Positions 28,270 to 37,560 of a stretch of 51,796 nucleotides of DNA are shown in pieces; within the stretch, counting starts at the first letter, position 1, and each line of letters opens with the position of its first letter. Origin of the DNA: a virus. Where the stretch lies: IMG/VR virus record IMGVR_UViG_3300048918_000059; one strand, 5' to 3'. The notes beneath the pieces are model-generated. The model made no database searches. It was given only the letters and a program-made list of their open reading frames with translations, and was not told where the DNA came from. The position numbers and the translations under genes were made by a program.

Positions 28270-30707
28270 TGCAACCTAACGTTAATGTTGTTTGGGCTCC
28301 CCTTGCGGGTACATCGCAGGAGCTAGCAATCACAAGCCCTTGCGATATTACCATGTATCACGGCGCAAGAGGCCCCGGCAAAACCATTACTCAGCTAATG
28401 CGCTTTCGTAGCCGAGTAGGCCAAGGCTATGGCTCCTATTGGCGTGGTGTTATCTTTGACCGCGAGTTTAAGAACCTTGGCGATCTTGTCGCACAGTCCC
28501 GCCGTTTCTTTCCTAAGTTTGATGACGGCTGCAAGTTCCTGTCATCGGCACAGGAATATAAATGGGTTTGGCCTACTGGCGAGGAATTGCTATTCCGTCA
28601 TGTAAAGAAGATTGGCGACTATGACGGTTTCCACGGTTGGGAAGTGCCGTTCTTGGGTTGGAACGAGTTAACCAAGCATCCTACATCGGAACTTTACGAT
28701 AAGCTAATGTCAATTAACCGTAGTTCCTACACGCCTGAAAAAGACGGTTGGGTTGGGAGCGATACGGGTTATGGGCCGAATGGCGAAGTGCCGCCGCCTA
28801 TTCCGCTGGAAGTGTTTATTACTACCAACCCTTCCGGCCCCGGTCACAATTGGGTTAAGCGCCAATTTATCGACCCTGCACCTAATGGAACGATTGTCAA
28901 GAAAGAAGCGGCAATTTTTAACCCGCAAACTCAACTTGACGAAATTTACACAAAGACGCAAGTTGCAATTTTCGGCTCTTACCGTGAGAACAAGTTTCTT
29001 GATCCTAAGTACATTGCCGAACTTGACGCAATTACAAATGAGAACCTTCGTAGGGCTTGGCTTTATGGAGATTGGAACGTAACCGCAGGAGGCGCGCTAG
29101 ATGACCTATGGAACGAACGAAAGCACGTATTGCCGCGCTTCCCGATCCCGCGAAATTGGCGCATCGACAGAAGCATGGATTGGGGTTCTACTCACCCCTT
29201 TGCTTGTGCTTGGTGGGCTGAAACGAATGGCGAAGAAGTTATACTACCGGATGGCCGCACGTTTGCGCCTGCGAAGGGGAGCATAATTCAGATTGCCGAA
29301 TTGTACGCAACCGAGGGTGTCGGTACCAATAAGGGCTTGAAGTGGGGGCCTGCTTTATGTGCTGAAAAGATCATTGCGAAAGAAAAGGCGTTGATGCAAG
29401 GCGGTTGGATTGTAACACAGCCTTGGCCGGGACCGGCTGACAATCAAATTCGCAATGTCATAGACAGCGAAAGCGATACGATTGAAACCAAGTTCGCCAA
29501 GGCTGGCGTAAAGTGGACCGAAAGCGACAAATCGCCCGGTTCGCGTAAGAACGGACTAATTCTGTTGCGTGATCGTCTAGAGGCTGTCATAAGTAAACCC
29601 GAACTGCCCGGTTTATATGTAATGACACACTGTAGGGACAGCATTGATACGGTTACTAGCATTCAATATGACGAAGATAATGTTGAGGACGTTGATTGTT
29701 GGGTTGCCGGAACTTTAGTAGCAACGCCTAATGGTTCTAAGCCAATCGAACTAATCTCAGTTGGCGAAATTGTTAATACTCCCATCGGTCCTAGAATTGT
29801 CGAAGCGTCTTACGTTTCAGGCAAATCTAAAACCGTGCGCGTTACTCTGGAAAACGGGAAAATTCTTGAGGGGACGCCAGAGCATAAGATTTTCGTTTGC
29901 GGGAAGGGCCTTGTTCCTCTAGAACAGTTACAGCCGGATACGTTTGTAACAGAGGAAGAAAATCAGTGCCTACAAAAGTTGTCGTTTACAATGGCCTCAC
30001 TTATCGCCGCTATGAGGGCCGAAACTACTACAACCCCGGAATTTTTGCGCTCCAAGCAGGAGGAACAAGCCTTCATCGCCAAATATGGCTCGATGCTGGA
30101 CGCGAAATACCGGAAGGCTACCATATCCACCATGTTGACGGTGATCTTGATAACAACACTCTTGAAAATTTCGAGTGTTTATCGCCTACCGATCATGCTA
30201 ACGAGCATTTTGCAGAGCGCCGCGAAAAGCTTGCTGAGCAACTTGTTGTTTGGCGAGCAAGCGACGAAGGCAAAGCAATCTTACGGGACAACGCCCGCAA
30301 GTGTAGGGAGCGAACGCCAGAACGCGAACTTGCGTGCGGAAATTGTGGTAAGCAATTTGTTACTCAACACCCTACTGCTAAATACTGCTCAAACGAATGT
30401 GGAGAAAGCGCAGGGTATTGCCAAGTTCTCAAGAATTGTAAAATCTGCGATAAGCAATTTTGGGCAAAGCGTCATTCAACTAAAGAAGTCCAAACCTGTT
30501 CGCGTACTTGCGGTTGGGCATTGCGCCGAAGAAACGCTAGTGTATAATATCTCTGTAGCAGAGGCGCGATTGTTCTATGCAAACGGTATTCTTTCGAGTA
30601 ACACTAACTCGGAAGATCATATGTACGATGCTTGGCGTTATCGTTGCTTGAAGGGCGCGAACCGTGCTGCTGCGCCCGGTAGTGTTAAGATTAGGATGCC
30701 TACATGA
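28269..30707 (+). CDS. terL: terminase large subunit precursor, interrupted by an intein (29697..30602)
   Basis: Walker A HGARGPGKT, the ATPase region WNELTKH / ITTNPSGPGHNWV, and nuclease-domain motifs DRSMDWGSTHPFA and (after the intein) EDHMYDAWRY. The mature protein would be about 510 aa. Confidence 0.9.
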   Translation: MQPNVNVVWAPLAGTSQELAITSPCDITMYHGARGPGKTITQLMRFRSRVGQGYGSYWRGVIFDREFKNLGDLVAQSRRFFPKFDDGCKFLSSAQEYKWVWPTGEELLFRHVKKIGDYDGFHGWEVPFLGWNELTKHPTSELYDKLMSINRSSYTPEKDGWVGSDTGYGPNGEVPPPIPLEVFITTNPSGPGHNWVKRQFIDPAPNGTIVKKEAAIFNPQTQLDEIYTKTQVAIFGSYRENKFLDPKYIAELDAITNENLRRAWLYGDWNVTAGGALDDLWNERKHVLPRFPIPRNWRIDRSMDWGSTHPFACAWWAETNGEEVILPDGRTFAPAKGSIIQIAELYATEGVGTNKGLKWGPALCAEKIIAKEKALMQGGWIVTQPWPGPADNQIRNVIDSESDTIETKFAKAGVKWTESDKSPGSRKNGLILLRDRLEAVISKPELPGLYVMTHCRDSIDTVTSIQYDEDNVEDVDCWVAGTLVATPNGSKPIELISVGEIVNTPIGPRIVEASYVSGKSKTVRVTLENGKILEGTPEHKIFVCGKGLVPLEQLQPDTFVTEEENQCLQKLSFTMASLIAAMRAETTTTPEFLRSKQEEQAFIAKYGSMLDAKYRKATISTMLTVILITTLLKISSVYRLPIMLTSILQSAAKSLLSNLLFGEQATKAKQSYGTTPASVGSERQNANLRAEIVVSNLLLNTLLLNTAQTNVEKAQGIAKFSRIVKSAISNFGQSVIQLKKSKPVRVLAVGHCAEETLVYNISVAEARLFYANGILSSNTNSEDHMYDAWRYRCLKGANRAAAPGSVKIRMPT
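29697..30602 (+). mobile_element. intein (302 codons) in the TerL nuclease domain
   Basis: Block A CWVAGTLVAT (Cys1 at 29697-29699), block B GTPEHKIF, blocks F/G ETLVYNISVAEARLFYANGILSSN followed by a +1 Thr (30603). The central ~190 codons show no recognisable domain in this frame. Confidence 0.8.
29966..30547 (+). CDS. HNH endonuclease nested inside the intein in a different reading frame
   Basis: EGYHIHHVDGDLDNNTLENFECLSPTDHANEH is an HNH motif. It is followed by CGNCGKQF...YCSNECG and CKICDKQF...TCSRTCG zinc modules. Candidate GTG start at 29966, 8 nt after GAGGAAG (the track uses a TTG at 29897). There is no ATG in this frame. Confidence 0.8.
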   Translation: MPTKVVVYNGLTYRRYEGRNYYNPGIFALQAGGTSLHRQIWLDAGREIPEGYHIHHVDGDLDNNTLENFECLSPTDHANEHFAERREKLAEQLVVWRASDEGKAILRDNARKCRERTPERELACGNCGKQFVTQHPTAKYCSNECGESAGYCQVLKNCKICDKQFWAKRHSTKEVQTCSRTCGWALRRRNASV

Positions 30708-30838
30708 TTACCTATTGCAGCGAAAAGGCGTTCGCTAGAGTGCTTGAAGTTTGCGAAAACCCGCCGAAACCTTCCGCTGCGCTTATTGAGTTAGTGCGCA
30801 AGGGCCGTGCAATGCGAAAGGCCGAGTATGTCCGCTGA
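30704..30838 (+). CDS. hypothetical protein (44 aa, below track cutoff)
   Basis: ATGA overlap with the TerL stop. Hand translation MITYCSEKAFARVLEVCENPPKPSAALIELVRKGRAMRKAEYVR. Confidence 0.45.
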   Translation: MITYCSEKAFARVLEVCENPPKPSAALIELVRKGRAMRKAEYVR

Positions 30839-32303
30839 CTTCATCCACCCTGAACTTGTAGAAGTTCAAGACCAATACCAGCTAATCAGCGACTGCATCA
30901 AAGGCGCTAAGGCTGTTAAGGCGAGGGGCATCCTCTACTTGCCCGATCCTGATAGCGGGCTAGGCACAGCACAGTTAGGCGCTAATCCTCGCTATTACGG
31001 CTACATCGCAAGGGCAAACTTCTATAACGTTGCACAGCGCACGTTAGAAGGTTTGATTGGGCAAATCTTCCTACGCAATCCAAATATTGATGTTCCGAAC
31101 CGGCTTAACATTGTCAAGGCTGACGTTGACGGCGCTGGTGTTACGGCTGTGCAGCAAGCTAAGCTGGCTTGCGAGTATGTGTTGGGACATAGTAGAGCGG
31201 GACTGTATGTTGATTATCCTAAAGCCGAAGGTGCTACGACTGTAGCGGACCTAGAGTCAGGCAACATTCGCCCGACAATCGCGCTTTATCATCCCGAACG
31301 TATTAGGAATTGGGATTACATTAAGGTAGGTGCGAAGTCCAAGCTTTCACTTGTGGTTTTGGATGAGGATTATCGCAAGGAAGCCGCCGACCGCTTCACG
31401 CGGGAGATTGCTATTCAGCAACGTTGCTTAATCCTAGAGAACGGTGCCTACAAGGTTGAGATTTGGCGTGATGGCGTTTTGCATGAAACTATCACGCCGC
31501 AAGGGCCTAACCGCCAAGCATTAGACGAAATTCCATTTACCTTCATCGGCGTTAAGGCAAATGATGGTAAGGTTGAGCCGCCTGCAATGTACGCGCTTTG
31601 CGATTTAAACATAAGCCATTACCGCAACTCAGCCGATCATGAAGAGATGCTTTTCATCTGTGGGCAGGCTACGCCGGTTGCATCAGGATTGACGGCGGAA
31701 TGGGCGGAAAAGTTTGGTGAGATTAAGCTAGGCTCACGCACGGGCGTTCTGTTGCCTGCGGAGGGTAAGTTTGAGCTAGTCCAAGCCGAAGAACGCGACG
31801 CCATTTCAGCCGAGATGGAGCGCAAAGAGAAGCGCATGGTTGCCTTGGGCGCTAAATTGGTAGAGGAAAAGCAAGTCCAACGCACGGCCACCGAAGCAAG
31901 TCAGGACGAAGCGGCTGAAACTAGCGTGCTTTCGTCGGTCGCAAAGAATGTTGGTGCTGCCTACAAGTTTGCTTTTGAATGGTGCGCGTACTTAGTTGGG
32001 CTAGGCGACCGTACTAGCGTTGAGGGTGATAGCAAAATTACGTTTGACCTTAATTCGGAATTTGATCTTGTGCAGCTTTCGCCAGAAGAACGTAAGCAGT
32101 TGTTCGCAGAGTGGCAAGGCGGCGCTATTACTGATATGGAATACAGGGATAGCATGGTGCGCGCCGGTATTGCTACTGAGGACTTTGATTTGTGGGAAGC
32201 TGACCGCGATGCACGCGCGGAAAGAGAGGTTGCAAACGCTGCGGCAATGCTGCAAACTGAAGTTGAGATAACCGGCGATGGAGCTAAAAATGACGGAAGT
32301 TAA
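30828..32303 (+). CDS. portal protein
   Basis: About 491 aa, directly downstream of TerL and upstream of the head-morphogenesis gene, with an acidic C-terminal region. Start is the ATG at 30828 or the GTG at 30807. Confidence 0.7.
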   Translation: MSADFIHPELVEVQDQYQLISDCIKGAKAVKARGILYLPDPDSGLGTAQLGANPRYYGYIARANFYNVAQRTLEGLIGQIFLRNPNIDVPNRLNIVKADVDGAGVTAVQQAKLACEYVLGHSRAGLYVDYPKAEGATTVADLESGNIRPTIALYHPERIRNWDYIKVGAKSKLSLVVLDEDYRKEAADRFTREIAIQQRCLILENGAYKVEIWRDGVLHETITPQGPNRQALDEIPFTFIGVKANDGKVEPPAMYALCDLNISHYRNSADHEEMLFICGQATPVASGLTAEWAEKFGEIKLGSRTGVLLPAEGKFELVQAEERDAISAEMERKEKRMVALGAKLVEEKQVQRTATEASQDEAAETSVLSSVAKNVGAAYKFAFEWCAYLVGLGDRTSVEGDSKITFDLNSEFDLVQLSPEERKQLFAEWQGGAITDMEYRDSMVRAGIATEDFDLWEADRDARAEREVANAAAMLQTEVEITGDGAKNDGS

Positions 32304-32610
32304 GAACGTTAAGGAACTTATTGAAAATTGGCCTTATAAGGATAGTTTTCTTAATAATAGCTACGACCGCTATCAGTGCATTTTGCAACTTGAAAGTGTA
32401 ATGGCGCAATTGATCGAAGGAACTGCGCCAAAGGATTTGGTAAAGTATATGTTTCCTGTAATTAACTATATGCTTTCTCAAAGTATAAACGAAGAACATT
32501 ACCGCGAAGCCTATAAGGGCGAGTTGGCAGAAGCTTTGGCTACGGGCGCGGCAATTCCTGATAATGAAAATCCGCTTAAGATGTTCGCTAATGCCAACGC
32601 TAACGGATAA
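32290..32610 (+). CDS. hypothetical protein (106 aa)
   Basis: ATG 6 nt after GGAG. Relatively AT-rich. Confidence 0.6.
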   Translation: MTEVKNVKELIENWPYKDSFLNNSYDRYQCILQLESVMAQLIEGTAPKDLVKYMFPVINYMLSQSINEEHYREAYKGELAEALATGAAIPDNENPLKMFANANANG

Positions 32611-33517
32611 GATTATCCGCCACCAAGTCTATTTGGAAGGTTTGAAGTACGGCGCATTGTCAAGTGCCAATCCAATCCTTGTAGGCATGGAACGAGACAT
32701 ACGCGCATCCCTTGTAGGTATTCGTTCGGACGGCTTAGGTTTTTTGTCTAAAGCTGCTTTGCGTAAGTTAATGCGAACTTTGCGCATTAGTATCCTGCGC
32801 CGATACAATACTTACAGCGATAGCTTGTTAAAGTTCCTTGAAGCGTTCTTAGCTGTTGAGGTTCGACAAATGCGTTCGATCTTTGACAGCGAGCCGACGC
32901 CAGAGCCAAAGGAGGAAGATGATAACACCTTCGCCGCGCTTTGGTGGCCCCGCTTCAAATCGAGCATCCTCCCGGCAAACGGTATCGCGATGGACAGCTT
33001 CGTTAAAGCCCTTGGCCCCGCTGCGGCTATTGCTGCCACACAGGTGCTACAGAGGGCGGCGGTAAACCGATCTACGCTAGACGAGACGCTAGAGGCTGTT
33101 GCGGGCCTGCGCGGGCGCATGGAGGCTCAGACGCGAGCGGTTCTCGCCACGGCTCTGCAATCGGTATCCGCGCAATCCCAAGCCGCCTTTGCTAAGATTG
33201 TAGGCATAGAAGAATACGAATGGGTTTCGATCCTTGATAGCCGCACAAGCGAGATTTGCCGTACTCGCTCCGGTTTGCGTTACCTTTACGGTAAAGGGCC
33301 TTTGCCTCCTGCTCATCCTAATTGCCGCTCTATGATCGTTCCCGTAGTTGACGGTGCAGCGGTTCCAAACCCCTCTTTTAAAGATTGGGTTTCGGGCTTG
33401 CCTACAAAGGTAAGGAAGGATATGTTTGCGGGCGATGTTGGTGAGAAATTTGAAGGTACTCGCGCAATATCGTTGAAGGTTTATAAAGATAAGATTGAAT
33501 TGATTTTGATGGATTGA
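32591..33517 (+). CDS. head morphogenesis protein (SPP1 gp7 / Mu F-like minor capsid protein)
   Basis: SILDSRTSEICRTRSGLRYLYGKGPLPPAHPNCRSMIVPV matches the family signature D.rT...C.......P.HpnCRc. Confidence 0.8.
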   Translation: MPTLTDKIIRHQVYLEGLKYGALSSANPILVGMERDIRASLVGIRSDGLGFLSKAALRKLMRTLRISILRRYNTYSDSLLKFLEAFLAVEVRQMRSIFDSEPTPEPKEEDDNTFAALWWPRFKSSILPANGIAMDSFVKALGPAAAIAATQVLQRAAVNRSTLDETLEAVAGLRGRMEAQTRAVLATALQSVSAQSQAAFAKIVGIEEYEWVSILDSRTSEICRTRSGLRYLYGKGPLPPAHPNCRSMIVPVVDGAAVPNPSFKDWVSGLPTKVRKDMFAGDVGEKFEGTRAISLKVYKDKIELILMD

Positions 33518-33762
33518 TTATGAATATTCCCGATAGATGTTCTTCTGATAGTGATAGTATTTGGTTCATGCCTACATTTATAGAATGCATCGAACTAATA
33601 ACTATAAATGGCGAAAAGAAGTTCTGTGTTGAATTTTGTATTAGTGAGCAATGGGCCAAGTGTATTGCTCTAGATGCTGATGGCAACACTATTTTAGACG
33701 GCGACGAAATTAAACTAGAAACAATTGAAAACGCAACTATCGAAGTAACTCTAAAAGACTAA
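33514..33762 (+). CDS. hypothetical Cys-containing protein (82 aa), AT-rich insert in the head module
   Basis: Track ORF with markedly lower G+C than the flanking head genes. Confidence 0.55.
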   Translation: MIMNIPDRCSSDSDSIWFMPTFIECIELITINGEKKFCVEFCISEQWAKCIALDADGNTILDGDEIKLETIENATIEVTLKD

Positions 33763-33798
33763 CAGTGTTAGTCTTAATTTTAATGGAAGGTTTCCAAA

Positions 33799-34536
33799 GT
33801 GGCACTTAAGTTAAACATTTCTACCGCAGAGCATGAAGCTTTAGACGATCATGTTAAGCCTCTTTATACCGCAGATGGTGACAACTTTAAGCTTGCTGTT
33901 GACGGCATTGAAGATACCGGCGCATTGAAGCGCGCTAAGGATCGCGAAGCTTTGGCGGCTAAAGAAGCTAAAGAGCGCGCTGATTTATTGCAAGCCGAAC
34001 TTGACGAAATTAAAGCGCGCGAAGCTGACGCGGACAAAGACGGTAAGCGTAAGAAGGGCGATATTGAAGCTTTAGAAAAGTCATGGAAGGATGAAAAGGA
34101 TAAGGCTGTTGCCGCAGAAGTAGCTAAGCGCGAACGTCGCGAAAAGCAGTTGCAGGAATTGCTTGTTGATAGCAAAGCCGATAGCCTTGCCCATGAACTT
34201 TTTACCGTTCCTGAGATTGGGCGCGACTATATCAAAAAGTTCCTGCGAGCCGAGTTGGACGGCGATGTCCCTACAACTCGTGTGCTTGATAGCATGGGCC
34301 AGCCTACCGCTAAAACTCTTGACGATTTTAAGAATGATATGCTTGACAACACAGCATTGAAGGGTATTTTAGTTGCGTCAAATGCCTCCGGTGGCGGTGC
34401 CGGTAACGGGGGCGGAAGTGGTTCCGGTGGTTCTACGAAGAAATTGGCTGATATGAGTGACGCCGAACGGGTGGAACTCTATAAGACTAATCCAACGGTC
34501 TTTAATCAGCTTGTAGCAGCACAAGGGACCACGTAA
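33799..34536 (+). CDS. putative scaffolding protein
   Basis: 245 aa, highly charged coiled coil (KE/DA-rich) with a Gly-rich stretch, immediately upstream of the capsid gene. Confidence 0.6.
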   Translation: MALKLNISTAEHEALDDHVKPLYTADGDNFKLAVDGIEDTGALKRAKDREALAAKEAKERADLLQAELDEIKAREADADKDGKRKKGDIEALEKSWKDEKDKAVAAEVAKRERREKQLQELLVDSKADSLAHELFTVPEIGRDYIKKFLRAELDGDVPTTRVLDSMGQPTAKTLDDFKNDMLDNTALKGILVASNASGGGAGNGGGSGSGGSTKKLADMSDAERVELYKTNPTVFNQLVAAQGTT

Positions 34537-35570
34537 TGGCAACTACTCAGCTTTCGGACGCATATGTTTATCCGGTGTATCAGTCGTATTCGGCGCTTAA
34601 TGGCGTAGAAACAACCAACTTCTATCGTTCGGGCATTATCCGCCGTACTGCACAGCTTGACGCAATCGCGCGTGGAGCCGGTAAGGTTACGGAAATGCCT
34701 TTCTGGCTTGATCTGGACGCTTCGGGCGAGCCTGATTACACGAACGATGATCCGGCAGACTTCGCGGTCCCCGCAAAGATCACTTCGGCCAACATGGTTG
34801 CGCGCAAGGCATTCGTGCATAAGGCGTTCTCGACTATGGATTTGACCGAGGAACTTACTCGCGCCAATCCGATGCAGCACATTCGCAATCGTTTCGGTGT
34901 CTATTGGGAGCGTCAGGCAAGCAAGCGCGTCATTGCCATTGTGCAGGGCGTTATTGCCGATAACATTGCTAATGATAACAGCGATATGGGCCTTGATATT
35001 TCGGCTGGCAGCGGTGACGCGGCTATCTTCAATTCGGACGCTTTCACCGATGCTTCGTTTACGATGGGCGAACTTACGGGCGGCATGAATGTTATTGCAG
35101 TTCATAGCAAGATCATGGCTCGCATGTCGAAAAATGACGACATTGTCATGATCCCGGATAGCGAAGGCAAGCTGATTATCCCGACTTATAAGGGCGTTCG
35201 CGTTGTCATGGATGACAAGATGCCTAAGACGGGTTCGGGCGACGACACGATTTACACTTCGGTTGTATTCGGTGCCGGTGCATTCGGCTTCGGCGGTGTT
35301 GAAGGCCAGCTTATGGGCCTTGGTGAAGGTGTGCCGGTCAATCCCAGCTATGTCGAGCGCGAGGAACTTGCTGGCGCAGGCGGCGGCATGGAAGTGATTG
35401 GCGAGCGTAAAACTTGGCTCCTACATCCGTTCGGCTTTAGCTACACGGCTACCGATCAGAACCTTGCAGAGCTTAGCCCGACGCTGGCTAACCTTAGCGC
35501 GGCTACCTACTGGAACCGTGTTGTTGATCGCCGTAACGTTCCTATGGCTTGGATTAAGTCGAAGGCTTGA
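34536..35570 (+). CDS. major capsid protein
   Basis: 344 aa. Position after the scaffold gene, TAATG coupling, and a stable stem-loop after the stop, as expected for a highly expressed gene. Confidence 0.75.
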   Translation: MATTQLSDAYVYPVYQSYSALNGVETTNFYRSGIIRRTAQLDAIARGAGKVTEMPFWLDLDASGEPDYTNDDPADFAVPAKITSANMVARKAFVHKAFSTMDLTEELTRANPMQHIRNRFGVYWERQASKRVIAIVQGVIADNIANDNSDMGLDISAGSGDAAIFNSDAFTDASFTMGELTGGMNVIAVHSKIMARMSKNDDIVMIPDSEGKLIIPTYKGVRVVMDDKMPKTGSGDDTIYTSVVFGAGAFGFGGVEGQLMGLGEGVPVNPSYVEREELAGAGGGMEVIGERKTWLLHPFGFSYTATDQNLAELSPTLANLSAATYWNRVVDRRNVPMAWIKSKA

Positions 35571-35576
35571 TTTAAC

Positions 35577-35598
35577 GGGGGAGGCTTCGGCTTCCCCC
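35577..35598 (+). terminator. UUCG-tetraloop stem-loop after the capsid gene (attenuator/stabiliser, no T-run)
   Basis: GGGGGAGGC-TTCG-GCTTCCCCC, 7 nt after the stop. Confidence 0.4.
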
Positions 35599-35620
35599 AA
35601 CAGCTATAGGAGTTAAAGTT

Positions 35621-36202
35621 ATGGGTAGTCGGGTTCTAAAGTCTAAGAAAGACTTTCGCACGCTTTACGATGAAAAGCATGGGTCGGGCGGCAATGTCGC
35701 GGGTACTGGTGTTTCAGGCAATGCCACTTCGGGCGGTTTTACCAAGCAAGTTCTAACCTTCAAGAATACGCCAATTGTGCTTGCTGATAATGCAGGTGTT
35801 GTTGCCTACGGTTCATTGAAGATTTTGGACTTTCCGCAGGGTTCGGTTATCATCGAAGGCGCTACGGCAAACCTTGTAGTTACCAAGACTAGCGCAGGCG
35901 TCAACGCAACTTGGAATGGTGATTTTGGCGTAGGCACGGCGGCGGCGGATAATACTAACACGCTTAGCAGCACTGAGCAGAATATCATCCCCACTACGCC
36001 GACGCCTGCGGCTGTTGCTGGCGTTACTAGCGCAAAGGGACGTTCTACCGCGAGCGTTACGCTTGATGGCACCACTACGGCGGTTGATGCCTACATTAAC
36101 TTCCTTGTAGATGATGCTAATCAGGACGTAACGACCACGCCTTGCAATCTTATCCTGAACGGAACGGTTACGATCCTTTGGGCGAATATGGGAGATTATT
36201 AA
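35621..36202 (+). CDS. structural protein, possible head decoration protein
   Basis: 193 aa with a strong SD (AGGAG), Gly/Thr/Ala-rich beta-type sequence. Function is inferred from position after the capsid gene only. Confidence 0.4.
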   Translation: MGSRVLKSKKDFRTLYDEKHGSGGNVAGTGVSGNATSGGFTKQVLTFKNTPIVLADNAGVVAYGSLKILDFPQGSVIIEGATANLVVTKTSAGVNATWNGDFGVGTAAADNTNTLSSTEQNIIPTTPTPAAVAGVTSAKGRSTASVTLDGTTTAVDAYINFLVDDANQDVTTTPCNLILNGTVTILWANMGDY

Positions 36203-36203
36203 A

Positions 36204-36407
36204 ATGCAGAGTTTAGCAGAGCGCATTGCCGACCGTGAAGCACGCGGCAAAGAACTTGCCAAGGAAGCTTCGCCCGATGGCAAGCCGACTAAGGAGCAGA
36301 TTGAGGCCGCGACTACGCAGACCATTGTTGCGCCGGGCACGACTTCGGAGGAGCTTAAGGCCAAGGGCGGCGGCAACAAGGCTCCTGAGTGGAAGGCTAA
36401 TGCTTAA
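36204..36407 (+). CDS. hypothetical protein (67 aa)
   Basis: Track ORF. Confidence 0.55.
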   Translation: MQSLAERIADREARGKELAKEASPDGKPTKEQIEAATTQTIVAPGTTSEELKAKGGGNKAPEWKANA

Positions 36408-36431
36408 GGGCGATGGTGGGAGTGCTTTCTA

Positions 36432-36689
36432 ATGCCTAATCCGGCCAACATCGTCTTTTTCACTAAAGGCGGAATGCCGACGCGAGCCGAAAAGGATTAC
36501 GCCGCTACCTTAGACGGTACGGTTGCCTTTCGGCACGCGGAAGCGGCTACTTTAGAGCATGATAAGGCGTCGAAGTATATTGGTTATATTCCGGCAGCTT
36601 TCTTAGGCGAACCGGGCATTATCAAGGACTTTAACAAGACGCCTTTGCCAACGCCTGTAACCCCAACTGTAGGCAAGAAAGACAAGTAA
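36432..36689 (+). CDS. hypothetical protein (85 aa)
   Basis: Track ORF. Confidence 0.6.
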   Translation: MPNPANIVFFTKGGMPTRAEKDYAATLDGTVAFRHAEAATLEHDKASKYIGYIPAAFLGEPGIIKDFNKTPLPTPVTPTVGKKDK

Positions 36690-37190
36690 ATGTTAATTGT
36701 GGAAGATGGCAGCGGCGTTGCCAATGCCAATTCCTACGTTAGTGTTGCAGAATACAGGGCTTACGCTACTCCGCGTGGCGTAAGCCTTCCTGTATCTGAC
36801 AGCGAAGTTGAGACGCAGCTAATCCTTGCAATGGATTATCTTGAGGTTCAATGCTGGCGTGGTATCCCTAGTTATGATGGTCAATCGCTGGCATTGCCGC
36901 GCGATGAAGTTTACATTGGCGGTTCCTTAATTGCCAATGACGTTATCCCCGGCAAGATCAAATTTGCACAAATGCAGTTAGCTTTGCAAGTCAACAATGG
37001 CGTCGATTTGATGCCTACAGTTGTGGGCGGCTCTGCATCCGTGGTTCGCGAGAAAGTCGGCCCGCTTGAAACCGAATATGCAACCTCACTCACTGTAGGC
37101 ACGCAGCCTTATTTTCGCTCGATTAACGCTTTGCTAGGTCCATACCTTTGTAGCCCCGGCTTCGGGCAGTTTAGAGCAACTCGTGGCTAG
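36690..37190 (+). CDS. head-tail connector/adaptor (gp6-like, DnaT-type fold)
   Basis: The N-terminus MLIVEDGSGVANANSYVSVAEYRAYA is typical of phage gp6-like head-tail connector proteins. Confidence 0.5.
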   Translation: MLIVEDGSGVANANSYVSVAEYRAYATPRGVSLPVSDSEVETQLILAMDYLEVQCWRGIPSYDGQSLALPRDEVYIGGSLIANDVIPGKIKFAQMQLALQVNNGVDLMPTVVGGSASVVREKVGPLETEYATSLTVGTQPYFRSINALLGPYLCSPGFGQFRATRG

Positions 37191-37560
37191 GTTTGACGAT
37201 GCCATAGCTACTTGTATCCGTTTGATTAAAAAGAACGGGATGCAATGCAATTGGGAAAAAGCAGCTTCGACTTTGATTGATCCCGATCAGCCTTGGTTGG
37301 GCAGCACAGAAGTTGTTACGGTTTACAATCCCTACATTTGCTTCGTGCCTGCTACGGGTAACATGTACAATCTTATTAGGTTCCTTAAAGGCACTGAGAC
37401 GCCAAATGTTACGACATTCGGCCTTATGGCTCCACAAGCCTTTGCTCCGAACGTGACGGACTTGGTTATGCGAAGCGGCGAGCCATTAAAGATGGTTTAT
37501 CTCGACACGTTGCAGCCGAATGAGCAGCAAGTTTTGCATATTTTAGGATTGACAAGTTGA
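37183..37560 (+). CDS. head-tail joining protein (by position)
   Basis: 125 aa with a GTG start and overlaps with its neighbours. Confidence 0.4.
   Translation: MARFDDAIATCIRLIKKNGMQCNWEKAASTLIDPDQPWLGSTEVVTVYNPYICFVPATGNMYNLIRFLKGTETPNVTTFGLMAPQAFAPNVTDLVMRSGEPLKMVYLDTLQPNEQQVLHILGLTS

Noticed and set aside
29897-29965. TTG start for the nested HNH ORF used by the track
   Set aside because: The first 23 codons (MREGPCSSRTVTAGYVCNRGRKS) overlap the functional N-terminal Hint block and look like out-of-frame sequence. A GTG at 29966 with a GAGGAAG SD is more plausible, though this is unproven.
34506-36379. Minus-strand ORFs of 199 and 188 aa opposite the capsid and decoration genes
   Set aside because: They are antisense to highly plausible structural genes, have no SD or coupling, and give low-complexity translations.
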